From Candidatus Woesebacteria bacterium (GTDB lineage: Bacteria > Patescibacteriota > Microgenomatia > UBA1400 > UBA12028), in contig JBDTWD010000004.1 in the NCBI GenBank assembly GCA_040006915.1, positions 1,033-65,032 on the forward strand: 64,000 nucleotides of DNA, given 5' to 3'. This document shows positions 1-9,754 of the stretch, one piece after another. The notes beneath the pieces are model-generated. The model ran no database searches, had not been told where the DNA came from, and saw only the letters and a list, made by a program, of their open reading frames with translations. Within the stretch, counting starts at the first letter, position 1; the number at the start of each line of letters is the position of its first letter. The position numbers and the translations under genes were made by a program.

Positions 1-13
1 CCATATCGTATTG

Positions 14-1204
14 TTACTCTCCGACAGAGTTATAAATCGTATCCAAATCTTTAGAAATTTTTCCCCAGTTGTAATCTTCTTTGACCAACTCCATCCCATT
101 ATGTGCTAGTTTCTTTGCCAATTTTTCATCGGTTGAAAGCTTTACCGTAGCAGTAACAAGTTCACTATCAGTATCACCAATGAGCGCATGCGTCCCATTT
201 TGGATTCCCAAACCCTCAACAGCCAGAGACGTTGCCACAATTGGAGTTTGAGTCGCCATCGCTTCCAAGATCTTATATCTAGTTCCTTTGCCACTCCAAA
301 CGGGAGCTAGCAATACATTGGCACTTTTATAGGCATCACGGATATCGCTAACTTTTCCTTTCACACTGATTGTCGGGTCATTTTGCATATATCTTTCGAT
401 CTCTGCCGTAGGAGAGTTCCCTACAATCCATAGCCGTGCGTTAGGAATCGCGATTCGAATATGAGTCCATAGTTTTTCGACCAAATATGTTACCGCTTCT
501 ACATTGGGCAGCCATTTAAAGGTACCGACAAACAACACAATAAATTCGTCGGTCACTTTCTTCGGAACAGCTTTAAAGAAATCGATGTCTACCCCGTTCG
601 CCACAACACTGATTTTCCCTACTTCAGGAACACGGCGCAAAATATAACTTTTATCCTCCTCACTCATGGCAATTAATCGTGACGCACGTTTCCAAAAATA
701 TTCTTCCCAATGTTTTATCTTTCGTACGTCCCAGTAGAAAAAGGGTTTGGCAAATGGATTGCCCAGACGTTTAGTAAATTCTTTGTATCCTAAATGTTCA
801 ATTGTCTGCACAACCAAAATAATGGGTAATTTCGTTTTAGGAATATTTGGCATTACGTAGAATGTCTCAACATGTAAAAGATCATAATCACCACGTGAGA
901 GCTCTTCTTCTATTTCGCGTTTAAGATCGTTATTCTTATACATGGTTACCAGAAGCGGATTAAAAGAGAACTGCGAGAGCAATATATTCTTTACACTCCA
1001 TACCGGACCACGCTTAAAGACGTGAATCTTTTGGCAATATGGTTTTAACTGATCGATGTATTGGCGTTCATCATCGTTACGTATATAGGAAAACAATGTA
1101 ATTTTATGTTTTGTGTGCAAATTCTTGAGCAGATTGTAGGTTCGTATTTGTCCACCAGAAACCAAAGGGTACGGTAGGTACGGCGTGATCATTAAAATAT
1201 TCAT
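14..1204 (-). CDS. Glycosyltransferase family 4 (GT-B)
   Basis: N-terminal MNILMITPYLPYP..GGQIR; C-terminal GT4-type motif GTRYKILEAMA; NGVD and FVGTF motifs. Confidence 0.9.
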   Translation of the reverse strand: MNILMITPYLPYPLVSGGQIRTYNLLKNLHTKHKITLFSYIRNDDERQYIDQLKPYCQKIHVFKRGPVWSVKNILLSQFSFNPLLVTMYKNNDLKREIEEELSRGDYDLLHVETFYVMPNIPKTKLPIILVVQTIEHLGYKEFTKRLGNPFAKPFFYWDVRKIKHWEEYFWKRASRLIAMSEEDKSYILRRVPEVGKISVVANGVDIDFFKAVPKKVTDEFIVLFVGTFKWLPNVEAVTYLVEKLWTHIRIAIPNARLWIVGNSPTAEIERYMQNDPTISVKGKVSDIRDAYKSANVLLAPVWSGKGTRYKILEAMATQTPIVATSLAVEGLGIQNGTHALIGDTDSELVTATVKLSTDEKLAKKLAHNGMELVKEDYNWGKISKDLDTIYNSVGE

Positions 1205-2628
1205 AGAGAATTTTGTAGGTTCAAGATGATAAATTCAGGAGTCTTTTGAACGGTTTGATATTTTTTCTCCAACGCTCTCGCTTCATCATCATAATTAACG
1301 CTCACATAATACTGCGCCCCTTCTGAAATTTTCTTATCAATCTCAAACCCAATTGGCCATCCAGTGCGATTAATTTGAAACAAGAATGCAGTATCGCCTT
1401 GATATGGTGCAATGACTTTTGCATCCTGTGGCAGTGCAATGTCCGCGGCTTGACCGGCATGCACGATTGCCCAGTTGTTGATGTTGTAATATCCTTTTAT
1501 TTGATTCCAGGCAAAGTACAGACTTATCACAATAAGAGCGGTTGTGATTGTTTGTATGTAGGGAATTTTAGCCGACCACACCCAAGAGACTCCTTTCGCT
1601 ATGGTAAGACATACGAATGGCATCAACATCACCTGATAATAATCATGCTGAACATTCCCCGTAGCAAAGACGATCAAATAGGCCAGCATCCCTAGTGCCC
1701 AAGGCCACAGCACTAAATCTTTTTTCAAGAGTCCAGCGACAAATAAACTTACCCCTGTATAGCCCAAAACGAGTTTCGTTAATCGTTCCCAAAACAACCA
1801 TCGAAACCAAGCCGGCCGTAGTCTAATGCCATTCCCATTAAACAACCAGTCACTCGCTGGAATCCCAATCGGATATTGAGCAATCCATTTTCGCCAGAAA
1901 TATAAAGGAATGAGCGTAGCTGCAAACAGCACAGCCGCCACAATATCTAAAAGCCCTTTCTTTCCCCTAATCTGCCACGCAAGAGCGATGTATACAGGAA
2001 TAAAAAACACCGCCATCGGTTTTAAAAGCAGCGCCAAAGAGAAAAGCAGCGCTGAAAGTAGGAGCGAGAAAACAGAATTCTTCTTTTGATACCACCAGAA
2101 AAAATACAGAGAACCCAAAACGGAAGCAACCAAAAATGGTTCGGGCAAAATAGTACGAGAGTAATAGACGTTATACGGAATCAGTGCAAAGGCAGTTGCT
2201 GCGAGAAGACCAACTTTCTTTCCATATAGTTCTTTTCCAAGCAGAGCAAGAAAAACCATTGAGAATAATGATGCCGAAACCGAGAATAATCTTGAGGTCA
2301 CTACGATATCAAGAAACGGTAAAAAACGCAGGACGTTGGCAATTACTCCATTGACGATCGGAAACTCGACCATCCGTAAACCTTGGACATTATCGGCTCC
2401 CTGTACTCTGACTCCTGACTGAATATTCGAGAGATCATGATAAGTGGGATGTAACAGATCAATACCGTGTTTCACATACTCACGTGTGACTGATGCGGTG
2501 TCTGCTTGCCTAAAACTGTGCCAGTCAGCCAATGGCGTATTTATTTTGTACAAACGCACACACAAACCGATACCCACTATACATAGAAGTGCTCGATTAA
2601 AGGTGAGAAAGTTATTTTTTCTTTTCAT
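1201..2628 (-). CDS. ArnT/PMT-like GT-C membrane glycosyltransferase
   Basis: Multi-TM; first loop DWHSFRQADTA, EFP and YYSRTILPE motifs; 4-bp overlap with the next gene. Confidence 0.85.
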   Translation of the reverse strand: MKRKNNFLTFNRALLCIVGIGLCVRLYKINTPLADWHSFRQADTASVTREYVKHGIDLLHPTYHDLSNIQSGVRVQGADNVQGLRMVEFPIVNGVIANVLRFLPFLDIVVTSRLFSVSASLFSMVFLALLGKELYGKKVGLLAATAFALIPYNVYYSRTILPEPFLVASVLGSLYFFWWYQKKNSVFSLLLSALLFSLALLLKPMAVFFIPVYIALAWQIRGKKGLLDIVAAVLFAATLIPLYFWRKWIAQYPIGIPASDWLFNGNGIRLRPAWFRWLFWERLTKLVLGYTGVSLFVAGLLKKDLVLWPWALGMLAYLIVFATGNVQHDYYQVMLMPFVCLTIAKGVSWVWSAKIPYIQTITTALIVISLYFAWNQIKGYYNINNWAIVHAGQAADIALPQDAKVIAPYQGDTAFLFQINRTGWPIGFEIDKKISEGAQYYVSVNYDDEARALEKKYQTVQKTPEFIILNLQNSL

Positions 2629-4204
2629 ACGTTAAGCGAATCGTGGCAAATCCGACTCCAATCATTGCCCAATACATAAAGGCTACTTTTGAGGCTGCAA
2701 ATACATCGATATATAAAGCGTTGATGAACATCCCTAATGTACCAGCGATTAGACCGATTAAAATTGCAGCGACCAATCCTCTTGGTTTTTTAGATAGAAC
2801 TTCAACAGCTTTCCATATGAAGATAAAAATAGGACCATAAAAAGTAATTGCCCCTAAAATCCCTACTTCTCCCAAAGTACGTAAGAAATCATTGTCGGTA
2901 CTTTCTGCTTCAGTGAATTCATTTCGCACAGCCTTGGTTAAGGTTGAAGGACCAGAGCCCACCAGAGGATTCCGCAAAAATCCATTTATCGCTCGTGGCC
3001 ATAAGGTGTCATAGCGGATGCAGGCTGAAAGTCCGTACTGTTCAGTACAAGCTGAATATGTACGAGGAACCTGTATCACCCCAATGACAGTTTTACCGTC
3101 CTCTGTGGAGATAACATTTTTGAGATCAGGAATATCTGTGTAGACATCACCAGGTAGAGGTTTTCCGGTTGGAGTCGAAGGCGGACTCGTCTGTGCAGGA
3201 GTTGGCAATTGATCAGTATCCGTTATCGGCTCTACTTTAATTGAGTTATCTGGTTGCTTGGCTAAGGGCTTTTGCAAAGCCGCTAAATAGTTATTCACTT
3301 GTTGAACAATTCCCAGCTGTGTGAATCGTGATGAAAGATCTCCTAGGGTTAACATGACAACCATACTAAAGGAAAAGACAACAAAACCTCTAGAGATAAC
3401 CCACCAGAGAGATTGTTTATACACACCAATCAATAGGACTACTATTCCAATAGCCAGAAGATACGCTAAAAATGATGAGCGTGACGATCCTAGAATGAGC
3501 AGCCAAAACCCCATCACAAAAACAATCACTAAACATGCCTTCTCCATTTTGCTTCGAGATAAAAATACAAGCGATAACGTAAGCGCCAATAAAAACATGA
3601 TAAATGCAGACATATCATAATGTCCGCCAAAAGTTGATGGAACTCTGGCATGCTCAGTTAAGACTAGTTTCACTCCTTTGGAAAACTCACGATTCATCGT
3701 GGAATATACTGGCCAATACAAATATTTCTGTCCAAATCCATAGACTGAAATCCCTACAATCATGATCATGGCAGCGATCAATACCATTCGTACGTGACGA
3801 AAAGATTTAACCGCGTTATAGAAAAGGAAAAATAATGTGAAGTATTCAAGTCGTCGCAGGAAATGCAAAAACATTTTCTCTACATGAACAAATGAGTCTA
3901 GAGGGACACTTTTTACTACAAACAGAGCTGAGAGCATCGATAGTATTCCGACCACCACATATCCTATGAGAATTCGTGTAATTGGTGTTTGGATTGTCAC
4001 TTTCTTTTTTACAAGCAAAACCCCAAACACGAGCAAGACTCCCGTAAGGAAAAAGTCCTCCAAACGAACACGAACGATATATCCAGGAATGAGTTCTAAC
4101 AGAGGAATCTTGGGATAAAAAGCAATAAAGAGCAGGAGTCCAGTACAAAGCACCGTAAACCAGTTTTGGTAAAACCAAGAAAAAAAATTGATTGATTTTT
4201 TCAT
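2612..4204 (-). CDS. O-antigen ligase/polymerase (WaaL/Wzy-like) family membrane protein
   Basis: Multi-TM; RVPSTFGG, SSRSS, PLVGSG and DNDFLRTLGEVGILG motifs; start moved to ATG 4204 (ATGA overlap with the upstream stop). Confidence 0.85.
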   Translation of the reverse strand: MKKSINFFSWFYQNWFTVLCTGLLLFIAFYPKIPLLELIPGYIVRVRLEDFFLTGVLLVFGVLLVKKKVTIQTPITRILIGYVVVGILSMLSALFVVKSVPLDSFVHVEKMFLHFLRRLEYFTLFFLFYNAVKSFRHVRMVLIAAMIMIVGISVYGFGQKYLYWPVYSTMNREFSKGVKLVLTEHARVPSTFGGHYDMSAFIMFLLALTLSLVFLSRSKMEKACLVIVFVMGFWLLILGSSRSSFLAYLLAIGIVVLLIGVYKQSLWWVISRGFVVFSFSMVVMLTLGDLSSRFTQLGIVQQVNNYLAALQKPLAKQPDNSIKVEPITDTDQLPTPAQTSPPSTPTGKPLPGDVYTDIPDLKNVISTEDGKTVIGVIQVPRTYSACTEQYGLSACIRYDTLWPRAINGFLRNPLVGSGPSTLTKAVRNEFTEAESTDNDFLRTLGEVGILGAITFYGPIFIFIWKAVEVLSKKPRGLVAAILIGLIAGTLGMFINALYIDVFAASKVAFMYWAMIGVGFATIRLTYEKKK

Positions 4205-5094
4205 GTCAGTTCGCGAAGAATTGCCCCATACAAGGATCGGGCATCCGCTCTTCCTAGCAGTATACCAAAAAGGAACCCACGTAAGATAGCTCCCTTGAGG
4301 AGAATCAGGTACACCAGAGGTCTTTGCCAAAAAGGAAAATGCTTTTTGGAAAGATAGTTGAGTCCTTTTACTTCACCTAACAGAGCGTGGTTGCTACTCG
4401 TACTGGCACTACCAATGTGAGTAATTGAGGCATTTGGAGTTATTCCAATCAACCATCCTTTTTGATGGGCTCTGATACAGTAATCTACATCCTCAGCATA
4501 CATGAAGATTTTTTCATCTAAGCCTCCTATCTGCTCAATCACTTCCTTTCTGATCATCATCGCAGTTCCCCCTACCCAACCTCGTTTAATAATATGATCA
4601 GGTCTGTCTTCTTTCTGAATCACAGTAGAGTTTTGGTAGGGATTAACAAAGGGTACATTTCCTGGAAGTGGCCAAAGCCACCACCAAGCGATATTCCAAA
4701 ATGTGGGCAACCCGCCACCTTGCGATTGATAGGACCCATCAGGGTTTAAAAGCCGGCAGGAAAGAATGCCAACTTTCGGATTCTCTTCGAGGGTTTTGAC
4801 CATGGAATCAATTGCTCCGGACACGACAATGGTGTCAGAGTTCAAAAGCAGAATATAATCGCCCTTGGCGGCTTTAATACCTTCATTGTTAGCTTTTGCA
4901 AACCCTCCATTATCGTGGCGCTCAATAATTTTGATTTTGTTGCCAAATCTTTCTTTTAAAGTTTTGACGCTTCCGTCTTTTGAATCATTGTCGACAACAA
5001 TAATCTCATGACGAGAGTCAAATCCAACCGACTCAATGGTCTGAATAGTGAGGTTGTTTGTATTGTAGGAGACAATAATGATTGAAAGTTGCAT
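4201..5094 (-). CDS. Glycosyltransferase family 2 (WbbL/rhamnosyltransferase-like)
   Basis: SIIIVSYN, VVDNDS, NGGFAKANN, LLNSD, FMYAEDVD motifs. Confidence 0.92.
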   Translation of the reverse strand: MQLSIIIVSYNTNNLTIQTIESVGFDSRHEIIVVDNDSKDGSVKTLKERFGNKIKIIERHDNGGFAKANNEGIKAAKGDYILLLNSDTIVVSGAIDSMVKTLEENPKVGILSCRLLNPDGSYQSQGGGLPTFWNIAWWWLWPLPGNVPFVNPYQNSTVIQKEDRPDHIIKRGWVGGTAMMIRKEVIEQIGGLDEKIFMYAEDVDYCIRAHQKGWLIGITPNASITHIGSASTSSNHALLGEVKGLNYLSKKHFPFWQRPLVYLILLKGAILRGFLFGILLGRADARSLYGAILRELT

Positions 5095-5102
5095 CGCAAC
5101 TG

Positions 5103-5108
5103 ATTGTA
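5103..5108 (-). promoter_or_regulatory. Putative -10 box (TACAAT) 8 nt before the ATG at 5094
   Basis: Near-consensus hexamer with no SD motif between it and the start codon; part of a recurrent pattern. Confidence 0.5.
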
Positions 5109-5252
5109 GCGCAATTTCTTACTCTAGTCTTGCCAAGCCTTTGGCTCTACACTTTTCAAACAGAGAAACAAAGAACTTCAAAGATACAAATAAATAGACA
5201 ATATTGAGCAAGAAAGCGAAGATCTGCATTCAAAGGGAGGGCAGCTGTAGCT

Positions 5253-5858
5253 TTATTGAAACCAACGGGCACGACCAAGCTTATATGTCAGCTGTTCTAC
5301 CGGTCGTTTAGAGATTACTTTCGCAGGAATACCTGCAACAATATCTAATGGAGCGACATCTTTTGTAACAACAGCACCCGCAGCGACCACTGCTCCTCTT
5401 CCTATATGAAGCCCGGGAAGAATAATTGAACGTGGGCCAATGAACACATAATCATCAATGGTCACTTTTTTCTCTATCGCTTGCCAGGTGGTACTTCGCA
5501 AATCATGCTGACTTGTCCAGATCATCACTTCCGAGGCGATATCAACGTGGTCTCCGATAGTAAGGCCTCCGGCAGAATTCGCCATTTGTTTACGCCCATC
5601 CAAAGAAGCGCGTTCTCCGATGATGGTGTCTTTGCCGATCGTGATATGTCTGGGATCATAGATTCGGGCCATCATATGAATGGTTGAGCCCGCACCAATT
5701 TCCATTCCTGAGAGTCGGTAAAAAACCCGACGAATATGATGAAAGGGAATAAAGCCAACTCTCCACCATAAAAATCCAGTGACAAATTCTAACCAAATAG
5801 TTGAGATTCGATTAAATATTTTGTCAGAAAATGACTTTCGTCCGGTATGGGATTCCAT
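5253..5858 (-). CDS. Hexapeptide-repeat (LbH) O-acyltransferase
   Basis: IGAGSTI, IGKDTII, IDDYVFIG, IGRGAVVAAGAVVTKDV and GIPAK repeats. Confidence 0.92.
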   Translation of the reverse strand: MESHTGRKSFSDKIFNRISTIWLEFVTGFLWWRVGFIPFHHIRRVFYRLSGMEIGAGSTIHMMARIYDPRHITIGKDTIIGERASLDGRKQMANSAGGLTIGDHVDIASEVMIWTSQHDLRSTTWQAIEKKVTIDDYVFIGPRSIILPGLHIGRGAVVAAGAVVTKDVAPLDIVAGIPAKVISKRPVEQLTYKLGRARWFQ

Positions 5859-5877
5859 AGTATGATTATACTAGCAT
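5859..5877. promoter_or_regulatory. Overlapping divergent -10 boxes in a 19-bp spacer
   Basis: TATAAT on the minus strand (5865-5870) lies 6 nt before ATG 5858; TATACT on the plus strand (5867-5872) lies 5 nt before ATG 5878. Confidence 0.55.
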
Positions 5878-7017
5878 ATGACCAAACGGATTGTTCTTAA
5901 ACTTTTTTTCCTCTTTATTATCTGGCATATTGGAGTGTTTAGCCTTTCCTACTTTGCCGACAGGTTCCTTCCATACAAACCGTCATTTTCACTCATTGAT
6001 CTCACTCTTATTCCGTCTGGACTTCCTCGCTCTATTTATAGCTTTGGAAATTTTGACGGTGTCCATTACATCACCATCGCTCGAGACGGATATAATCATG
6101 TCGAGGGGATTCAAGCCTTTTTCCCTCTGTTTCCCCGTATAGTGTTAGGTGTCTTTCATGATTTTTTTGGGAGAAGTACAGAGCTACTGGCCATTGGTCT
6201 TATCTTGAGTAATCTTTTCTTCTTTGGATTCCTTTGCTTATTATTTACGTTCATTCAAGAGAAATTTAATCCCAAAACCGCCTGGGGAGCAGTGATTACG
6301 GTTCTGATCTTCCCTACCTCCTTTTTCTTTGGAGCCTTGTATACCGAATCACTCTTTATGTTGTTGGTTATCGGAAGTTTTTATGCAGCCCACAGAAAAA
6401 AGTGGCGACTGGCCGGAGTTTTGGCGGCCTTTGCAAGCTGTACTCGCGTAGTCGGTATCTTTTTAGTTCCTGCACTATTAATTGAACTGTGGTCACACAA
6501 GGAACAGCGAAGCGCCAAAAATGTATTGGCAATCCTCATTGGTTGTGCTGGACTTCTCGCATACATGGCATACTTATGGACGAGTTTTGGTGATCCATTG
6601 TTGTTTGCTCACGTCCAATCCGGATTCGGGGCTGGACGCTCAACTACAATCGTTTTATATCCACAGGTTTTGTGGAGATCTCTTAAGATTCTTCTTACCT
6701 CACCACGAAATATTGCATATGTCACCTATATACAAGAATTTGCTGCAGGCACTCTTGGGTTGATATTGTTGCTGCTTGCCTACAAACGTGTCCCAAAAAG
6801 CTGGACCGTGTTTGCGCTCCTGTGTTTTTTCTTCCCTCCACTCACCGGAACATTTTCCAGCATGAGTCGTTATCTGCTAGTCTGTTTTCCGATCTATATT
6901 CTAGGGGGATGGCTGTACGCAAAATATCCCAAAGCCATATATCTACTCTGGGCGATTTCCTTCTTTCTTTTGTGTGTAAACACAATTCTCTTCATTCAGG
7001 GGTATTGGGTAGCATAA
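5878..7017 (+). CDS. PIG-V-like (GT76) mannosyltransferase-family GT-C protein
   Basis: FDGVHYITIARDGY, AFFPLFP, FPTSFFF..YTESLF and SMSRY motifs. Confidence 0.85.
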   Translation: MTKRIVLKLFFLFIIWHIGVFSLSYFADRFLPYKPSFSLIDLTLIPSGLPRSIYSFGNFDGVHYITIARDGYNHVEGIQAFFPLFPRIVLGVFHDFFGRSTELLAIGLILSNLFFFGFLCLLFTFIQEKFNPKTAWGAVITVLIFPTSFFFGALYTESLFMLLVIGSFYAAHRKKWRLAGVLAAFASCTRVVGIFLVPALLIELWSHKEQRSAKNVLAILIGCAGLLAYMAYLWTSFGDPLLFAHVQSGFGAGRSTTIVLYPQVLWRSLKILLTSPRNIAYVTYIQEFAAGTLGLILLLLAYKRVPKSWTVFALLCFFFPPLTGTFSSMSRYLLVCFPIYILGGWLYAKYPKAIYLLWAISFFLLCVNTILFIQGYWVA

Positions 7018-7077
7018 AGCCTATAGATAGTCACAAGCAAGGATTGATTTCTGGTGGATTTGTCGTATTTTGGAGAT

Positions 7078-7455
7078 ATGGCAACTTTCGCAGAACACGC
7101 ACAACAAAAACCATTTTCCAAACGTGAACTACGTATATTCAGACAGAAACAAGAGGAATCTAAAATCCCTGAAGATAGCCATCTTAACCCCATGAATATA
7201 CAGTTAGCAAAAGAATGGATGATGGCTCTACATATTGATCCTGGTGTGTTTAAAACAACTTTCTTCGCCTTGATTAACGTTTTGAATTATTACGAGTCTG
7301 CCTGTAGACAAGAGGACAATACGACGTCACGGTCAAATATTCGAGTTGAGTACGAAAAGCTACAGAATTCAGGAATAAACCAAGAAGTGATTGATACTTT
7401 AATAAGAGAACATCGAATTCTCTTTGCAGCTGTTGCCTACGCGATCAAAATTTAG
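7078..7455 (+). CDS. Hypothetical protein (helical orphan)
   Basis: Fills the gap between two genes; ATG 7078 follows GGAG (alternative GTG 7054); stop overlaps the ruvB stop. Confidence 0.55.
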   Translation: MATFAEHAQQKPFSKRELRIFRQKQEESKIPEDSHLNPMNIQLAKEWMMALHIDPGVFKTTFFALINVLNYYESACRQEDNTTSRSNIRVEYEKLQNSGINQEVIDTLIREHRILFAAVAYAIKI

Positions 7456-8444
7456 TCTTTCCAAATTATTCCCAAGTGATCATAGGCTTTCTTAGTGATG
7501 ACACGTCCTCTTGGGGTTCGCTGAATGAACCCAATCTGCATCAGATATGGCTCATACACTTCTTCTATCGTTCCCACATCCTCTGAGAGAGTAGCGGCGA
7601 TTGTCTCAATTCCTAAGGGGCCACCATCATGTTTCTCAATGATCAGCGTCAAGAAGCGCCTATCTGAATCATCAAGCCCCATATGATCAACGGCCATCAT
7701 GTCTAACGCATTTTGTACTGTATCTCCATCAACCAGGCCATTTGATTTAATTTGCGCAAAGTCACGAACTCGTTTTAATAATTTTAAGCCAATACGAGGA
7801 GTGCCCCGTGCTCGTCTAGCAATCTCTTCGGCAGCTTCTTTCGATAACACTAAATGTAGCTTCACGGCTGCTGCTTGAATGATGTCTGCTAAGCGTTTGA
7901 TCTCGTAATAGCTCACACGATGCACTAATCCAAATCGATCACGAAAAGGACCAGACAACATTCCAAAACGAGTTGTGGCTCCGACTAATGTAAAGCGCGG
8001 CAAATCGAGCCGTAACGTCCGAGCTGAGGGACCTTTTCCAATCACCACATCAAACACAAAATCTTCCATTGAGGGATACAGAGCCTCTTCCACGTGCTTA
8101 TTTAACCTATGAATTTCATCAATAAACAAAATATCGTTTGGTTGTAAGTTCGTCAAAATCGCTGCCAAATCTCCAGCCTTGGTAATAGCGGTAGCACTAG
8201 TGAAACGAATGTTGCTTCCCATCTCTTTGGCAATCAAATGGGCCAACGTGGTTTTTCCTAAACCAGGTGGGCCATATAAGAGAACGTGATCCATTGCTTC
8301 ATTGCGCTCTTTAGCGGCTTGAATCGCAATTGAGAGTGCATCTTTAACACTGTCTTGTCCAATAAATTCATCCCAAACGGTAGCCCGAAGTGAGGTAAAT
8401 AGTTGCTCTTCTTCGTTCGTTGGATTTTCAGTTTTCTTCTTCAT
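7452..8444 (-). CDS. ruvB: Holliday junction branch migration ATPase RuvB
   Basis: Walker [10 protein letters not shown], Walker [24 protein letters not shown] and RTPRGR motifs. Confidence 0.98.
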   Translation of the reverse strand: MKKKTENPTNEEEQLFTSLRATVWDEFIGQDSVKDALSIAIQAAKERNEAMDHVLLYGPPGLGKTTLAHLIAKEMGSNIRFTSATAITKAGDLAAILTNLQPNDILFIDEIHRLNKHVEEALYPSMEDFVFDVVIGKGPSARTLRLDLPRFTLVGATTRFGMLSGPFRDRFGLVHRVSYYEIKRLADIIQAAAVKLHLVLSKEAAEEIARRARGTPRIGLKLLKRVRDFAQIKSNGLVDGDTVQNALDMMAVDHMGLDDSDRRFLTLIIEKHDGGPLGIETIAATLSEDVGTIEEVYEPYLMQIGFIQRTPRGRVITKKAYDHLGIIWKD

Positions 8445-8453
8445 AAGAAATTT

Positions 8454-9029
8454 CTAGTGCAGACTACTAGTTAGTTTTTGTATTGCTTTCTTGATAGCAT
8501 CCTCAACTCTCATGTCTCCAATTTCCAAAGATTTCGCAGTTTTAATACTTTGATTTTCATCAAAGCCCAAAGTGACCAAAGCTTCAACGATTTCTGCCAA
8601 TTTCCCTGTGGGTTCTGACAAATCTAAGTCTTCAGAACCACCCAACTTATTCTTCAAATCGATAATAATTTTTTGAGCGCTTTTCTTTCCTACTCTTGAT
8701 ACAGAAGAGAAAAATGAGACATCAGCAGATTGTACAGCTTTGATGATACTCTCTCGCCCACGATCCATGATTCCCAATGCCGTCTTGGGACCAATCCCAT
8801 CTACGTCTATCAACTGCAAGAACAGTTCTTTCTCTGCCTCAGTTGCAAATCCGTACAAATCAAAACAGTCCTCTTTAATATGTGAATAGATATAAAGCTC
8901 AATCTCTTCCCCACTTCTAGTAGTGGCATGCACGCTTTTAGTTACGAGGACCGTATAGCCCACTCCATTGCAGAGAACTAAAAAGGATCCAGAAGTGATT
9001 CGAGAAATGCCCGACAAATACCCAATCAT
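8454..9029 (-). CDS. ruvA: Holliday junction DNA-binding protein RuvA
   Basis: MIGYLSG, GVGY, LYGF, HhH motifs VDGIGPKTAL and VGKKSAQKII, ALVTLGF; start moved to ATG 9029. Confidence 0.96.
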   Translation of the reverse strand: MIGYLSGISRITSGSFLVLCNGVGYTVLVTKSVHATTRSGEEIELYIYSHIKEDCFDLYGFATEAEKELFLQLIDVDGIGPKTALGIMDRGRESIIKAVQSADVSFFSSVSRVGKKSAQKIIIDLKNKLGGSEDLDLSEPTGKLAEIVEALVTLGFDENQSIKTAKSLEIGDMRVEDAIKKAIQKLTSSLH

Positions 9030-9084
9030 GCCCCTACTATAGCGTACTTGCACAAAAAGGAGAAGTTCGGTATTGTGCGATACT

Positions 9085-9459
9085 ATGCGTACAGAAATAA
9101 AGTCAGGGAGACGACTCAAAGAATGCAGTGCTCCTTTTCCAAAGGAAGTAAATATATTAGACTTCAAGCTTGTTGACGTGATGCAAATTGCGCAATCATA
9201 TTTTGAAGGCAATGGAGTTTTGATTGCCATCGTTCACAGAGAAATAGAGAATGATGAGAATCCCAATGCTCCAACTGTAGTGCATGACGAGAGACTCTTG
9301 CCAATTCAATCGTTGCAACAACTTAAAGATGTTAAAAGTGAAATCGGAGCGCGAGAAAAAGTAGAAATTGCAATTATAAATACCTGTGAATACACCGTAC
9401 GAGGGATTAAACCTCCTCGTAAAAAACGGAATAGTGCCAAACATCATGAGGAAATATAA
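9085..9459 (+). CDS. Hypothetical protein
   Basis: Open frame divergent from ruvA; TATTGT 8 nt before ATG 9085; may be the 5' half of a frameshifted gene. Confidence 0.5.
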   Translation: MRTEIKSGRRLKECSAPFPKEVNILDFKLVDVMQIAQSYFEGNGVLIAIVHREIENDENPNAPTVVHDERLLPIQSLQQLKDVKSEIGAREKVEIAIINTCEYTVRGIKPPRKKRNSAKHHEEI

Positions 9460-9751
9460 CATCAATTCATCTGAATATATTCGTCGCAACGGACGACCTG
9501 TCAAAGTAAGTATTGAAGGGAAAAAAGTTTTGACGACATTCGATGAGCTTGAATTGAAGTCTCAGGAGATCTTTGCTCACCCGCTTATTATTCTTTTGAC
9601 CAAAAGAAGGGCTGATGAGCTGGTACATTTTTCCCGAGTGATGGCTCGAACATGGATCAAAAATTGCGCTGAATTCCGAGAGGATCACTACTCTGAGCTG
9701 CTCATTTTTGTTTTCAACGATGATGAATATAAGGTTAGTACAAGAGGATAG
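9386..9751 (+). CDS. Hypothetical protein (possible 3' half of a frameshifted gene)
   Basis: 121-codon ORF overlapping the previous one by 74 bp and ending 3 bp from the convergent gene. Confidence 0.45.
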   Translation: MNTPYEGLNLLVKNGIVPNIMRKYNINSSEYIRRNGRPVKVSIEGKKVLTTFDELELKSQEIFAHPLIILLTKRRADELVHFSRVMARTWIKNCAEFREDHYSELLIFVFNDDEYKVSTRG

Positions 9752-9754
9752 TGA

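Noticed and set aside
4205-4330. N-terminal extension of the ligase ORF, and similar extensions for ruvA, ruvC, sodA and the GT2 at 30335
   Set aside because: They overlap neighbouring genes; downstream ATGs match family N-termini and coupling patterns
5132-5145. GCCAA-gcct-TTGGC hairpin as a terminator
   Set aside because: Only a 5-bp stem, with no U-tract on the transcribed strand
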